A DNA stretch of 64,000 nucleotides. Origin: Octopus vulgaris (lineage: Eukaryota). Position 1 is the first letter of the stretch; each line of letters opens with the position of its first letter. The stretch lies in contig OX597818.1 in assembly GCA_951406725.2 (NCBI GenBank), positions 24,428,001 to 24,492,000 on the forward strand, given 5' to 3'. Of this stretch, positions 37,819 through 51,234 are shown piece by piece. The notes under the pieces were generated by a model. The model ran no database searches. It was given only the letters and a program-made list of their open reading frames with translations, and was not told the DNA's origin. Made by a program: the position numbers and the translations under genes.

Positions 37819-40800
37819 GTTGATGTTGTTGTTATTGCTGCTGCTGTTGCTGTTGTTGTTGTTGTTAAAAACTAACACTGAACATGTGCCGCAAACAGAA
37901 CAGTACTCTGCACAGTTGAACTGCAGGCAAATAACAGCAATCGAGACAATCAAAGTCACATGATCAAAACGAAAATCACAACACCCACACACACACACAC
38001 ACACACAAAAAAAAGAACAATTAGCCAACAAAATGCAAAATACAAACATAACCATGAGCCAATCACAATGTAATAATGAGGCATTCATAAGCATTACACA
38101 TCATCAATCATAAATTTAACCTATCGGGAACTTTTTTTGTTCTGAATGAATGCCAGTGCAAAGTAGTCTTAGGTTCTGGTTCTTGAGCTGGTGTAGGTGG
38201 GACAGAATCAATCATGGTATCTGAAAAACCACCATGGTGTTCATGCACTTGAATAGGATCAGTATCAGCAACATCAGTTTGATCCTTACTTGACTGATAC
38301 TCCTCTGTCGTTTTACCAATAGGAACTAAATCTCTAATGGACACAGTACTTTCACATCCATGGTTAGGGTTAATTTGTACCAATTGGTCTTCATCTACAA
38401 ACGGATCATACTTATTGCATACATATTATTTAACAAACACTTTGTCAGGTCCTTGCATTAACCAAGTAGGAACAGAAACACCATACATAGAATGTCTAGG
38501 AAATTTAAAGAATTTCTCATGAATGATATTTCTAGTAGGTCAAACAATCATGTAGAGACTTCCTTGATGGCTCACTTTTAATAATTTAGCCAGAAGAAGA
38601 TGATCAGTGACCACAACTTTTGCAAGTCCTCCAAGACTGATAAAATTGGTATTTAAGATGTTCAGTTTCAACACCTATAATGGCAGTATCCATAGGAAAT
38701 GTAAGGCTGTTAGAAATTCAGTAGAATCATTGTCCTGGAAAGAGTATTGAATGAAGCATTTAGTACAAGATCTGTGGCACGTTAAATGTAACAAGAGACA
38801 GAATGAGTGGGCTTAGGTAGTGAAAGTAAACAGATAGCAAGTTCATATAAATAGAAGAGATTGTAGTAGTAGTAAGGGAAGAAGAGGAAAGAAGCACCAT
38901 GTCTGTGAGCCAGTAGTTGTAGCATGTTAGTAACTAAATCTTCACAATCAATAGAAGGACCTTATTTCAGATTCAGTATAAGATTATGAGTATGTGAAAC
39001 AGAGCAGTACCATCTCATGTATGTATGTATGTGTTTGCAGTGTGAAGTTGGAAGCAAAGTGAGCTGTAAAACATGGAAACTTTGTGGGACTGCTGCTGGT
39101 TGAAATAGGGTGGAAATGAAAATCTGTAAAGTTGGTGGGATCCCATTGGTGAAGACCAGTAAGATCTGCTGCAATTTGATAAATGGAAGACCTTGCAGAC
39201 TGAACAATGCTCAAAAAGCATCATTTACTTAGCTGGTGTTAGTTTTTCAGGTATTGCGGGGTTGAAATCATCAGTTTGCTACTACCTTAGTTTCATTCAA
39301 AAAATTCTGAGGCAGGAGGTACAGTCAAAAGGCAGAAGGATTGATAAGAATAAAGCATGAGAAATTGTCAAAAATTTTTCAGGATAGAGAGTCTGTGAAA
39401 ACAATTGATACACGAAAGCTGCAATAGGAAACCTAAATTTTGGAGTTGGTAGCAGCATGAGAAGCCAGTTCTGAAGATCATGGTTTCTTGATATGATTTG
39501 CTGGTATTGGAATTAGGTTCTGTTATATGGAAGATATTATTTATGCTGGAAATGGTTTGAATCAGCTGAAACAAAGCAGGCAATGTTCAGAAAACAACTA
39601 CCATTTTTGGTAATAAAACGTTTCTTTCTTATGCAAAAAGATTTTACAGTGTGTTTGTAGCAGGAATACTCAACCTGATGTCATGATTAACTAGAATATT
39701 ACCAGCATGATAAGAAAATTTAATCAATCATGACTTCGCATTGAACTGGCTCCAGCAACAATTCCATCTTTTTATGCTTTTCTCTCTCAGCCTATCTAGC
39801 ACTATAAATTCAGCATACCTTAGCTACTTGATAGAGAGTATTGACAGATATCAGAGACTAGAAAGCAGACAAAGTAAACAGCAGCTAAACAATAACAAAT
39901 GATAACAGCTTCTGCAATCACACTATGAACAATATCATTCCAACTCTCTCCATGTTTTGTGGTTCATAGCAATGACAAAAGTTTTCTTTATTTATGAAAA
40001 AAATAAATATTTTGTTTGTCAAAAATCCAAATAGATTTCTCTCCTCTCCCTCATAACACGTTCATAAGAAGCATAATTCTATGTGACAGGAAGATATATA
40101 TAGTAAATGTGGAAGATCAGCAGCAATTGGAAAGTAATAAGTTGCATATGAATTTTAGGGTATCCAATGGCTATTTACAAGAATGTTGGACATCAACAAA
40201 ATTACATGTGTGCAGGAGAAATAGCTATGTTCGTATATGTAATGGTAATAGATTATTCATAAAGTGGTGAAATACATATCAAATGAGGATAGACTGTATC
40301 TTTGGCTGAGCAAAACAAAAGAAATGCAAAAGGAAGTTGTTGGGACATATCTGAGGATGCCAAGCTTTACAGAAGAGATGAGGTACAATAATTTTGTCTA
40401 AAACATTGGTGATGATTACAGAGGTGATGGTGTTACTGTGCTGGTGGTATTTGTACCATTAAACTGTTTAATCAGAATTTTTAAGATATATTTTTATAAA
40501 TATAACAAATGAAGCTATTTTATATTCAGTAGACAATGTATAATTTTATTTATTCATTTATTTTTTTATTTCTTTAGGTGGAATGAAATTGCAAAAATCA
40601 TAGCCAACATTCCATTTACTCCAGGTCATGAATGTGCTGGTACTGTAGTGAAATGTGGTCCATCATCCACAGTCATCATAGGCCAACGTGTCGCTGTAGA
40701 GAACCATTTTTTTTGTGGTCACTGCTACCAATGTAAACATGGGTTACAAGGTATCTGTAAGAACATGGGGCAATATGGTCATGGAAACAAAACAATTTAT

Positions 40801-43800
40801 GGAGGATGCTCCCAATACAGCATTGTACCTTCAAAATATTTATACTGTTTAAAGACCAATATATGTAAATATAAAATTATCTAATTTTTGTTTGCTTAGA
40901 AACTCTTATTCTTTTATACGTTTCAGCCCTGGTGAACTTCATAATCTAGTTTGTGATAGGAGAACTAATGAAAATATTGTATTCACATAGTGCATTAGTC
41001 CTCAACCTTTTGTAGCTCAGTGCACCCTTTCACTGAATGATCTTTTATAAATGGCTCCTCCCCATGTTTTGCAAAAAAAAAAAGGCAAAAAAAACCCCAC
41101 CAAATAGTTGATTGATTTAATCAAACAGAAATAAATTTTGCACTAAGATTTATAGTCTATATTTCTTATGCATTCTCACCCTGTATATGCTTCCTTTTAT
41201 TAGGTCATCAAGTATGAAATTTGTAGTAAGGTATATGGTAAACTTTGACAGCTGCTCATTTTGCGCCATTATTATATTTTGACAATCTTTATCTTTTGTT
41301 AGGAAGCTTACACATCTATTTCTTTATTCTAACTCATTTTGTGCTTTATAAAGTATTTATAAATCACTTTTTTCTATTTTTGTTTAGAGATGGATAAGTC
41401 GGAAATTTGTACAGTTTTGAAATATGAGTTCTTTCTTGGAAATACAGCATCACAGACCACTCAGAATATTAATGGAGTATTTCATTCTAATATTATTACA
41501 CAACAGACAGTATCAAATTGGTTTGCAAAATTTCGTTCTGGTAACTTTGACCTCACAAATGAGCAATGCAGTCAACCAGAAACAAAGGTGGATTATGACG
41601 AACTGAAAGCCACCATCAAGTCAGGCACATCTCAAAGTACCTGTGAATTATTGCTGTTTGGTGTTAGCAAGCAAACAATATTGACCCATCTAGTTCAAAG
41701 CGAAAAAGTTGGATAAGTGGGTTCCACATGAACTCAATGAAAATCAGAAACAGCAACGCTTGGAAGCTTGCATCATGCTACTTTCTCATCACAAAAATGA
41801 ATCATTTTTGAATCAAACTGTAACATGTGATGAGACATGGATCCAATACAACAACCGTAAATGTTCAGCACAATGGTTGGACAAAGACAAACCACCAAAA
41901 CACAGTCCATAAAGCAAAACTCATCAAAAGAAGCTGATGGTGTGTGTTTGGTGGTCTGACACAGGTGTGATTCATTATGATTTCATTAAACCTGGCTCAT
42001 TAATCATGGCCGAAGTATACTGCAGCCAACTGAACCAAATGATGCAGAAACTTACAAAAAAACAGCTTAGATTAGTCAACAGATCCACTCTTATTTTATT
42101 GCAAGACAACACCAGACCACACATTGCAAAAAGGACATTGGCAAAACTACAGGATTTGGAGTTGGAAGTTCTCCATCATCCACCATACTCACTTGATCTT
42201 GCCCCCACTAACTACCACTTCTTCCAAAATTTGGATAACTTTTTGATAGGAAAAAAATTTAATTCCGACGATACTGTAAAACAGGCCTTCCAAGATTTCA
42301 TTGACTCTAGATTGCCAGGCTTTCACAGTTCCGGGCTGGACCAGCTACTGCTAAAATGGCAAAAGTGTATTGACAATATAGGTGCATACTTTGATGACTA
42401 AAACTATTCCTTGTATTTATAAAACATTAGCAAACTTTTTTTCTTTTCTACAAATTTCATACTTGATGAACTAATAGATATTTACCAAGATTAATGCTCT
42501 TTATGCTAAATTTTAATGAAAATTACAAAAAAACGTGAAGTCTGATATAATTATATAATATTGACCCTAGTCGTATTATCAGTTATATTTCTGCTCGCTG
42601 ATAATACAATGTCCTATTTGTATCCTAATGTCAACAAAGATTTTTTTGATTGTAAATTCTTTTTACTATTCAGCTTTCCTTGAAGCTACACTTTTAGAGC
42701 CACTTGGAGTGTCTCATCAAGCAATAGAATCTTTGGAAGTACAAAATGAAGATGTTTTGATTATTGGATGTGGAGCAATTGGTATATTAGCATCATCTGT
42801 GGCAAAAGCTCTTGGAGCCAACAGGTAAAATTTATCATCATTCAACCAAGGTGGTGGTTGAATATATTCTTAAGTCCACCATTTCGTCAATCACAGCAGC
42901 TTCCAAGATTCACCACTAATTCAGTTCTCAACTAAATTGCAAACTGTTAATAGTTTTAAAGAGGACACCTCCTCAGCTACTCTTTGGCATAAATAGTTTG
43001 GGATTTGGTGAAAAAAGTAGAAAAAAGTTATATCTGTGACCTCAAGTGGGGCAGTAAGGCACCTATTCATCTTCAATTAACATAATTTTTTTTATTTTAA
43101 ACTAAAAGTACACATTTCTTAGGCTTAAATAATAGAAAAATGCATGAGGAATTCAGAATTGTTAGTCACATTGACAAAAATTAGTAGAAAAAGTTATGAA
43201 GTGAAATGTAATGAAATTTATTGTCAGTAAGGGAGAAAGCAAGAAGTAACGCCCCAAGCTGTAATGTTAAGATAAGAATATATTTCTAAAATGAATGTTT
43301 ACATTCTAACATGGTGAGTTGGCAGAAATGTTAGTGTGCCAGGCAAAATGCTTAGTTACTTCTTGCTTTCTTCCTTACTGACAATAAATTTCATTATATT
43401 TCACTTTATAACTTTTTTTCTACTAATTTTTGTTCAATGCAACAAACAATTCTGAATTCCTCATGCATTTTTCTATTTTTGTCTGTCTTCTTGTTCTGGG
43501 TTTAAATTCCACCAAGGTCAATTTTACCTTTTGTATACTTTATTTTTTTAATTAAGTATTTAATAAAGTTATTTTTAATATGCTGTTGAATTAGGGTAAG
43601 TTTAACTTTTATTATCAATTTTCTCTTTCAGCTTTAATTAACATGCTTTCTGTTTTTTTTTTTGCTTTTCCTTTTTAGTTGCTTTCCGTTTCTTTTTTGT
43701 TAATTATTTAATCGGGCTACTTCATTAATGTGTTATATGCTTCAGATATGTGCATCTGAATTTATTGAGGCAGGAATATAGTCATTTTTGGCTGTGTCTC

Positions 43801-44524
43801 TATGGACAGACATGAAGGCATTGTAGTAAGGCTGTCCAGAAAAGGCATTGGTTAAAAGTGCTTATATTCTAAATTTAATTTTTAAATTTCAAAATTAATT
43901 AAAAGGAATTTTTCATAAATCAAATTTATATTAATGGGATGGAGGTAATTTTAACTTGTGTATATCTGGTATGCTTTTATAATTACAGTTGTATTGAATA
44001 ATTATTGATAGATCTAGATTAGCAGCAGTCACCAACTCAAAATTTAGTTTACTTAAGGTGAGCCTGGTAACTGATGGTTTTGGGGTCTTGTTTGTAACTT
44101 TTTGTGAGCCATGGTGCAACCAACAAGATGGTAAAATTCCCTGCCATTAATTTGATGTGGATGGGTAATGTCAAATAATTCAATCACAACATATATTTAA
44201 ATTAAACATGAAAAAAATTAAAATATTATCATCACTTACATGGAAAAATTGAAATATTATCTTTCAGTATCTTATAAGTTAAAATCTTAAATTATTAATT
44301 GACACATTATCTTATAACAGTAATGCCTGAAAACATCATAGATTACATGGAAAAATGCAGAAATGAAATGCTATAAGTAATTTTGAAGACAAAAATATTA
44401 ATATGATAGCAAGCAATTACAAGGGAAAATACATAAAATTAATTTCTGTAATCTTTCTATTAAAGTATCAATCAAATATTAAGACTTTAAAGACTAATGA
44501 AATAAGATAGATAAATGCGTGCGT

Positions 44525-44561
<37 letters not shown>

Positions 44562-47471
44562 AACACACAGACAGACACACTATATAGTAATTACATAGAA
44601 AAATTGGAGCTTGAAAAGTAAGAATCTTAAGATTATAAACCTGGAAAGGTACAGGACAAGTTATTACACCTGGAAAAGTATAGGACAAGCTATTACTTCT
44701 AGTAAAGTAAACTTTTTACTTAAAATATTGCTTTTAAGTAAACTTTTTACTCAATATTGCAGCTAAAATTAAAATTTGAATATTAAAACTTATTTTATTA
44801 TAGTTTACAAATAACACTATACTTATTTAAGTAGAATTTGGCTAATTTACTACCTTAAATACAGAAAAAAGTGACTAATTAGACCAACTTTCAAATTAAC
44901 TGAACAGTTTTGTATAATAAATTTAAAAGATGAGAACTGTAAGGAGTGATAAATTAGAAGAACTGGCATTCTTTGCTGCAATATTTTAAGTAAAAAGTTT
45001 CTTATTCTTTACTTCACTAGAAGTAATAGCTTGTCCTATACTTTTACGGGTGTAATAACTTATCCTGTACTTTTCCAGGTTTATAATCTTAAGATTATTA
45101 CTTTTCATGCTCCCATTTTTCCATGGAATTACTATTTAGTGTGTCTGTTTGTGTGTTCATGTGTGTGTATGTGTGTATGTGCATTTATCTATCTTATTTC
45201 ATTAGCCTTTAATGGCTTAATATTTGATTGATACTTTAATGGAAAGATTACAGAAATTAATTATATGAATTTTCCCTTGTAATTGCTTACTATCATATTA
45301 ATATTTTTGTCTTCATAATTATATATTATCATAATTTATATTGTATCTATACCTAATACCTACAGATTTTACATCACCTCATACTAAAGCAACTGTAATT
45401 GTGTCTTTCAGATTACCACAAGTATTATATCTAACTATTGATAATTTGCAACATTTCTAATAGATACATCTCAATGTTTGCTTCAAAACATCAAATATCT
45501 TTGTTCATTTATTGCTCACAATAGCTAGAACTGTTATGTTTTATCTTCCAACATATATAGCTTGGATGCAACAGCATTAACAAGATTGGAAAAAAACATC
45601 TTTCCTCTACCAAGTCCAATCTAATTATAATTATTACCTAACATGTATCATAAATTTGTGTTTCTCACAAATTGGATGGCTAGCAGTGGACCCATTTATA
45701 AGAAACTTCTTTAAGAAAATACTGTCTATGCCCATGCTATCCATATCAACAATGTCTTTTATAGTTTCTTCTAGATTTTAACATTTTCCCCTTAATCATT
45801 CATCATCCTCTCTTTCTCTTTTCTCTCCATATACTGCTTTGGCAGTTGAAAAGCACTCAACTGCTAAATTTCTTAACACACACACAATCACGCTCATGCA
45901 CACACATTTGTGTAAGAAATGATAATTATTTGAATTTTGAGGATATTAGTGGCTATTGCTCTTTAGCCCCATTCAACACTGATCAAGTAGACCAATGATC
46001 AAAGCATATGGTCATGACCATCTAGTTTTTTTTAGGAGTCCCTAGAACTACATTATGTGAGACAGTGGGGTGTTATTTGATAGCAATTTCAAGTATGTTG
46101 GAAAGCCATCTTGAAGCTCATCTCTCTAACTCTGTGTTAGCAATACTGAATCCAGAAAAAATATGAAACGGTAAAATTACAATGGTGTACAGTGAAAATC
46201 AGTATTCCGCATGGTGCACTTGTGTTTGGAGACAAGTTTACATTTAACTTACAAACAGGTAAAAATAAACATTGATTTTATTTTGTAAATAAAATTCTGT
46301 AAATATTGATTTTTATTTTCAGAGTTATCTGTACAGATGTGGTAGATGAACGTTTACAACTAGCAAAAAAGATGGGAGCAGATGTAATTGTCAACTCTTC
46401 AAACCAGGATCTCAAAAATGTTAGTGTTTTACTTTATATTTAGACTCAGATATTTCAAATTTCTGTGGCATGAAGTAAGAGAACTTCAGAATTGAGAAAT
46501 CAGGTTATATAATAATAAAAAAAAACACCTAGAAAGTCTTTACTGAGTGAAGTTATAACAATGAGCTAATATAGAAAATGCAATTTCTCTCTCTTGCTCT
46601 TTCTCTTGTTAAAGATTTTGTTGGGAGGAAGGGACCCTCTGAAGCTGTTGAAATTCTATACTGATTGGCTGATGTTCAGCTTAAGAAGCTGCAAGTCAAA
46701 GTGTGCAGGAAAAACAGGGTGGAAAAAGAATCCTGGAATTGACATTCTGAGGAGCAAAGATGAAGCAGAGTAGCTAGTTTGAGTTGTAGAAGGAGAGACA
46801 CAGAACAGGTGATAAGATGGGGAAAGATTTGTGTGCTCTGGTGAAAGTAATATGCAACTAGCAAGTTCTATGTACAAGAGGTTGCTGTCTGTTGGTGAGC
46901 CCTTACCATTGAACTAGATGACTTTCCTTTTGATGAAATCTGGGAAACTTGTAGGTCTGCAATTTAGCAACATCTTTCCAAACATGAAAGTAGTAGTCTT
47001 TTGTGGATCTTGCTTGAGTTTCATAAGTGTTTAAGCTGAAGTATTTTTTAGTTTTAAAGAGGAAAAAGTTTATGCTATTTTATGAATTTCTCACTAGGAA
47101 TGATTATCAGATATTAATGTTTGAAATTTTTTGCTGTTTGAGAGTTTCAGTTCTGTTATTCAAAGCTAGAATTAAAGAAAATACAGATAATGGGTTCATT
47201 AATTTATTTGATCATTTTATGTCTGTTTTACCATGCTAGCATGGGTTAGATGAACACTAATAAAACATTGTTTTACAGCCAAATGACTTTCTTGCTCTCC
47301 AATCCTTACCTGTTTTTCAAGTGAGGAAATTTTAATTCCACTCAGTGTTTAAAGCACAGAGAAACTGAATGATTTACTAATAGGAAAATGACAACAGAAT
47401 ATCTGCATAGCTCAGTGACTTTTCAAACAGTTTCAGAATTTAAGAATTTGCAAACACACACATGCACGCAT

Positions 47472-47546
<75 letters not shown>

Positions 47547-49023
47547 AACACACATGCACACACACATGTGTGTGTATCTGTTTATATGTTTGTATACAAT
47601 GGACTTTGTATAGCTTTTGTCTGCCAAATTCACTTTACAAGGTATCAATCAGCCTAAGGTTCTAAGGTTATAGTAAAAGACACTTACCCAATGTACCACA
47701 GAATGGGATTGAACCTGAAACTACATGGTTGTAAAGTAACTTTTTCACTACACAGTTTTTCTTGTACCTATCACCATGGACATTTCTGATTACAAAAATG
47801 CAACTAATTCAGTCCAATTTTTACAACTGTGTTTGATAAATATTGGTGTCTTATGACTTGGCATAATGATCCATTATTTTGAAAGGGAGAGGAAATAAAG
47901 AATGATAAAATTTATGCCTTCCTAAAAAGTGTTAGTAGCACAAATGAAGTGAAATGGCATTAGCTAGAAATTGAAATCATCCCGTTGATACACAAGACAT
48001 ATTTTCTTAGCATCCATGCATCATATATAGGAAACACATTCCCAATTTTTTCATACCAGGACTTGTCAGTGACCCTTTTCTTCTAGCCAGTGGTGTTTGA
48101 GATTTTTGGAGGGGTTGGGCCACTAACAACAAAGTTCTTTTTATCATTGGCAGCTCACCTTACTGAGGTGTCAGGTGATGCCTGTGAAGGTACTTGGCTG
48201 TTACAACGCCTTAGACTCACCATCATCTGTGGTAATGCCACGAGCATGTTGACTGGCTTCAGTAGATTCTGTTGAACCTTGTGGTGTGCAACAAATTGAG
48301 GCATTTGCTGTTGAATTTATGCTTTTTCTCCCCTTTCTTCCTCTTTTTCTCCCCTTTCTTCCTCTTTTTCTTTCATTTTTTGCTCTTGTTTGTGTTTCCT
48401 ATGGTTTTGGATTTGTATTTTATTGTGGTTTTGTATTATATGTGTATCATATACATTTGTGTTATATTCAAATAAATATAAAAACCAAACTTGGGACTTA
48501 TGAAGAGAAAGTTTTACATTAATTAGAACATATGAAACAAAAATTGAAAACAAACAGGGACTTTTAGAACAAAATTATGAAAATAACTTGTTTCATAAGC
48601 TTTATATGGTTTACTTCCATTTCAGTGATACAGATGTAAATTGTAAAATAGACAAAGATTAGTATGACAATTTTACAAGTGAATATCATTTCTGTTGTTT
48701 CAGTTCATTATGAATTTAACAAATGATGATGGTATTAACCGAATTTGTGAATGCACTGGTTCACCAATTATGGTGAATTCCATGTTTGGCATGCTCAGAA
48801 AGGGTGGTCATGTTGTCATGGTAGGTTTGCCAAAAGAACCAATCCACATTGAAAATGCCACTCGAGACATAGGCAAGTGATAATGTTTCTCACTAATTTT
48901 AATTTTTTCACAACAGGTACAGGCATGGCTGCGTAGTTAAGAAGCTTGCTTCCTAACCATGAGATCTTGGGTTCAGTCCCACTGTGCAAATGTCTTCTAC
49001 TATAACTCCAGGTCAACCAAAGC

Positions 49024-49074
<51 letters not shown>

Positions 49075-51234
49075 TGTACACAAAGCTTTGGCTTGGCTGC
49101 AGTCCAATGACTGAAATGAGTAAAAAATGATAAAATAGAAGATATTTTATAATCGACACCAAACTAGTCTATTTCATTTGTATTGGATTAGTCTTGAGAT
49201 AAAAAACGTGTCCATATCTTCCTTGTTCCTCCAAGACCAGTAGTATTAATTGCTTTAGAAATGTTGATAGTTGCAGGAAAAATATTAGCAAGGAAGAAAT
49301 TCAAGAGAACCAATGTTCTGAGGAAGGAGTAGAGTGTGAAACCTGTGAAGATGAACACAATATGAATGATATATATGGAAGTGAGGGATATCTGGGTGGA
49401 AGTGATTAAAGGCCAGCCAACTCTGTGGAGCAGAGGTCACTGTAGTAGCAGCAATGACAATGCTCTAGATTTTGCCCCTTATATTCACCAAGCTCTTCAG
49501 TCTCACTCTCTCACAGTAGGTATACACTCTGATCTTTAGAAACAGATTACAGTATGTCCCATTCCCAAGAAAGATAACTCCACTGATTCTTTCAGCTATT
49601 GCACTTGCAGTATTTCAAACATAATAGAGACAGCCATTAACAGTGAAGTTCTTACATCTTGAATCTCTCTTTTAAACTAGTACCAGTATAGCATCTGCAG
49701 TGCTAAAAGATTCACTGGAAACCTACTCTTCCATGTTTCCCAATGGAGCTCCCATTTAGAAAAATTCAATGGAAGTAATATTCTTATCATAAACATCAAC
49801 AAAACTTTTGACTGTCTGCTATGTGGATCCTCTGCTGAAATTTCACATCCATGAACACCTTCAGATTGCACCACCACAGTATATTGACAGAGTTCTGTTC
49901 CACATTCAATCAACTCTTGTGTACCACCACATCTAATAACACCTGTTTTTATGCAGATGATATAACCCTTCATTCCTCCTTAACACTTCCCAATACATCA
50001 TTGACATGCAACCCAAAACCCCACATGTGAAACTTACACTAACTCTATGAATGGAGACCTCCACAGCATTTTCCAAGGGACTATGCCCATCTTATCTCTT
50101 ACAACAGAAGAAAAAAATAAAAGAAAAAAACATTCATATTATGTAAATCATTGTTACATCTTCTCTCAAACATGGGTAGCACCCAACTAGAGTTTTCATG
50201 ATTGCTCCACATATTAGGTCTCACCAAGGATTTTCTCTATGAGAAGTACATCCTTAGCTAGAACAACATCCCAAAGACTGACCATTCTCTTCATGATCAA
50301 AAATACTTCAGTTTCCAACTGTTGCTGACACTCTACAAAGCTCAATTGATGCCCACAACAGAAAGGTGCTGCTGTTACACAAATATTCATGACTGTATTC
50401 GGAGAAAGGACACTTGAATGATTGGCCTAAAATCACTATCAGACATGCTCCAGCTTCTGATCAACAGGTGTACTGTCTTCTCTCTAACTTTTCTACATTT
50501 GCTAGTCCTTAACCTCCAGAACATTGGCTCTCTAGAATTTCTCCCTTGCAAGTATCTGCTTGCAACAGTTTAAGTAAAACTGCCAGCGCCCCAACTGGCC
50601 TCCGTGCCGGTGGCACGTAAAAAGCACTATCTGATCATGGCCGTTTGCCAGCCTCGTCTGGCACCTGTGCAGGTGGCACGTAAAAAGCACCCACTACACT
50701 CACAGAGTGGTCAGCGTTAGGAAGGGCACCCAGCTGTAGAAACACTGCCAGATCAGACTGGGCCTGGCACAGCCTTCTGGCTTCCCAGACCCCAGTTGAA
50801 CCGTCCAACCCATGCTAGCATGGAAAACAGACGTTAAACGATGATGATGATGATGATGATGATGATGAAATGGCATCAATCTCACCAGTATTTGAGAGTG
50901 AATCTGCAAGGCTATGGACACTTAACACTTTACCAATTTTGTATTGTATTTTTTTTATTTAAATAATTATTTTTATTACAATTTGAATTTGCAAATATTA
51001 TAAATAAAATTAGCTTTTTCTAAATTTTCATTTTCAGTTTTTAAATCTTTGACTCTAAAAACAGTACATGGTAGACGTATATTCCATACTTGGGAATGCT
51101 GTGAAATGTTGGTGTTTAGTGGTCAAGTTGATGTTAAGCCACTGGTTACACATAAGTTTCCAATGAGAGAATTTGAAGAAGCATTCAAGACTATCTTCAG
51201 TGGAAAATGTGTTAAAGCTATCCTTGAACCCTAA
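33658..51234 (+). CDS. tdh: Zinc-dependent MDR-family L-threonine 3-dehydrogenase-like protein, 6 exons, 353 aa
   Basis: join(33658-33818, 40578-40864, 42674-42824, 46323-46419, 48704-48872, 51038-51234) = 1062 nt, open throughout. Motifs CGSD, GHE, CGHCYQC..C (structural Zn), LEPLG, GCGAIG, ICTD, IVFKSLTLKTVHGRRIFHTW, VTHKF. Confidence 0.88.
33858..33929. repeat. (CTT)n microsatellite
   Basis: Direct. Confidence 0.95.
35045..36700 (-). mobile_element. 5'-truncated CR1-clade LINE in tdh intron 1
   Basis: ORF 35190-36548 with RPVSLTS, YLDFAKAY, SGVPQGSVLGPLLF, YADD, ERDLGV, VRPHLEF, VQRRATK; (TTA)n tail. Confidence 0.92.
38100..38525 (-). mobile_element. Possible LTR-retrotransposon (integrase C-terminal) fragment
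   Basis: QINPNH..TVSIRDLVP...RTKKVPDRLNL*, resembling the tail of Gypsy pol. Confidence 0.45.
40578..40864 (+). CDS. tdh: tdh-like exon 2
   Basis: Acceptor tttctttag; WNEIAKIIANIPFTPGHECAG...CGHCYQCKHGLQGIC...LKTNI; donor T|GTAAAT. Confidence 0.92.
41198..42476 (+). mobile_element. Full-length mariner transposon (frameshifted, one stop) in tdh intron 2
   Basis: TA TSD; 27-bp TIRs ttaggtcatcaagtatgaaatttgtag; WVPHEL, VTCDETW, LQDNTRPH, YSLDLAPTNY. Confidence 0.93.
42674..42824 (+). CDS. tdh: tdh-like exon 3
   Basis: FLEATLLEPLGVSHQA...VLIIGCGAIG...ALGAN; CAG acceptor, AG|GTAAAA donor. Confidence 0.92.
43131..43477. repeat. ~120-bp inverted repeat
   Basis: Arms 43131-43250 and 43355-43477. 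Confidence 0.9.
44384..45315. repeat. ~340-bp inverted repeat (fold-back)
   Basis: Arms ~44384-44731 and ~44978-45315; mirrored ORFs 44494-44688(-) and 45031-45231(+). Confidence 0.92.
46323..46419 (+). CDS. tdh: tdh-like exon 4
   Basis: VICTDVVDERLQLAKKMGADVIVNSSNQDLKN; ttttcag acceptor, |GTTAGT donor. Confidence 0.9.
47455..47566. repeat. (CA)n microsatellite
   Basis: Direct. Confidence 0.95.
48050..48485 (+). mobile_element. CRE-like (RLE-type) non-LTR retrotransposon 3' fragment
   Basis: PVVFEIFGGVGP..FFLSLAAHL...WLLQRLRLTIICGNA resembles the ETxG..QRLSxAIQRGNA C-terminus of CRE-clade elements. Confidence 0.6.
48704..48872 (+). CDS. tdh: tdh-like exon 5 (GC donor)
   Basis: FIMNLTNDDGINRICECTG..LRKGGHVVMVGLPKEPIHIENATRDI; donor AG|GCAAGT is required for frame. 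Confidence 0.88.
50585..50867 (+). mobile_element. RTE-3'-end/SINE copy with (GAT)n tail
   Basis: Same family as 5707 and the 17468 tail. Confidence 0.85.
51038..51234 (+). CDS. tdh: tdh-like exon 6 (terminal)
   Basis: FKSLTLKTVHGRRIFHTW...KAILEP*; AATAAA at 51320 and 51468. Confidence 0.92.

Noticed and set aside
33658-51234. Sorbitol dehydrogenase (SORD) as the alternative identity of the MDR gene
   Set aside because: Lacks SORD-type VHYW, EPGVP and GVFRY motifs and has Tdh-type YxWN and GRxxFxTW; not fully excluded without a phylogeny
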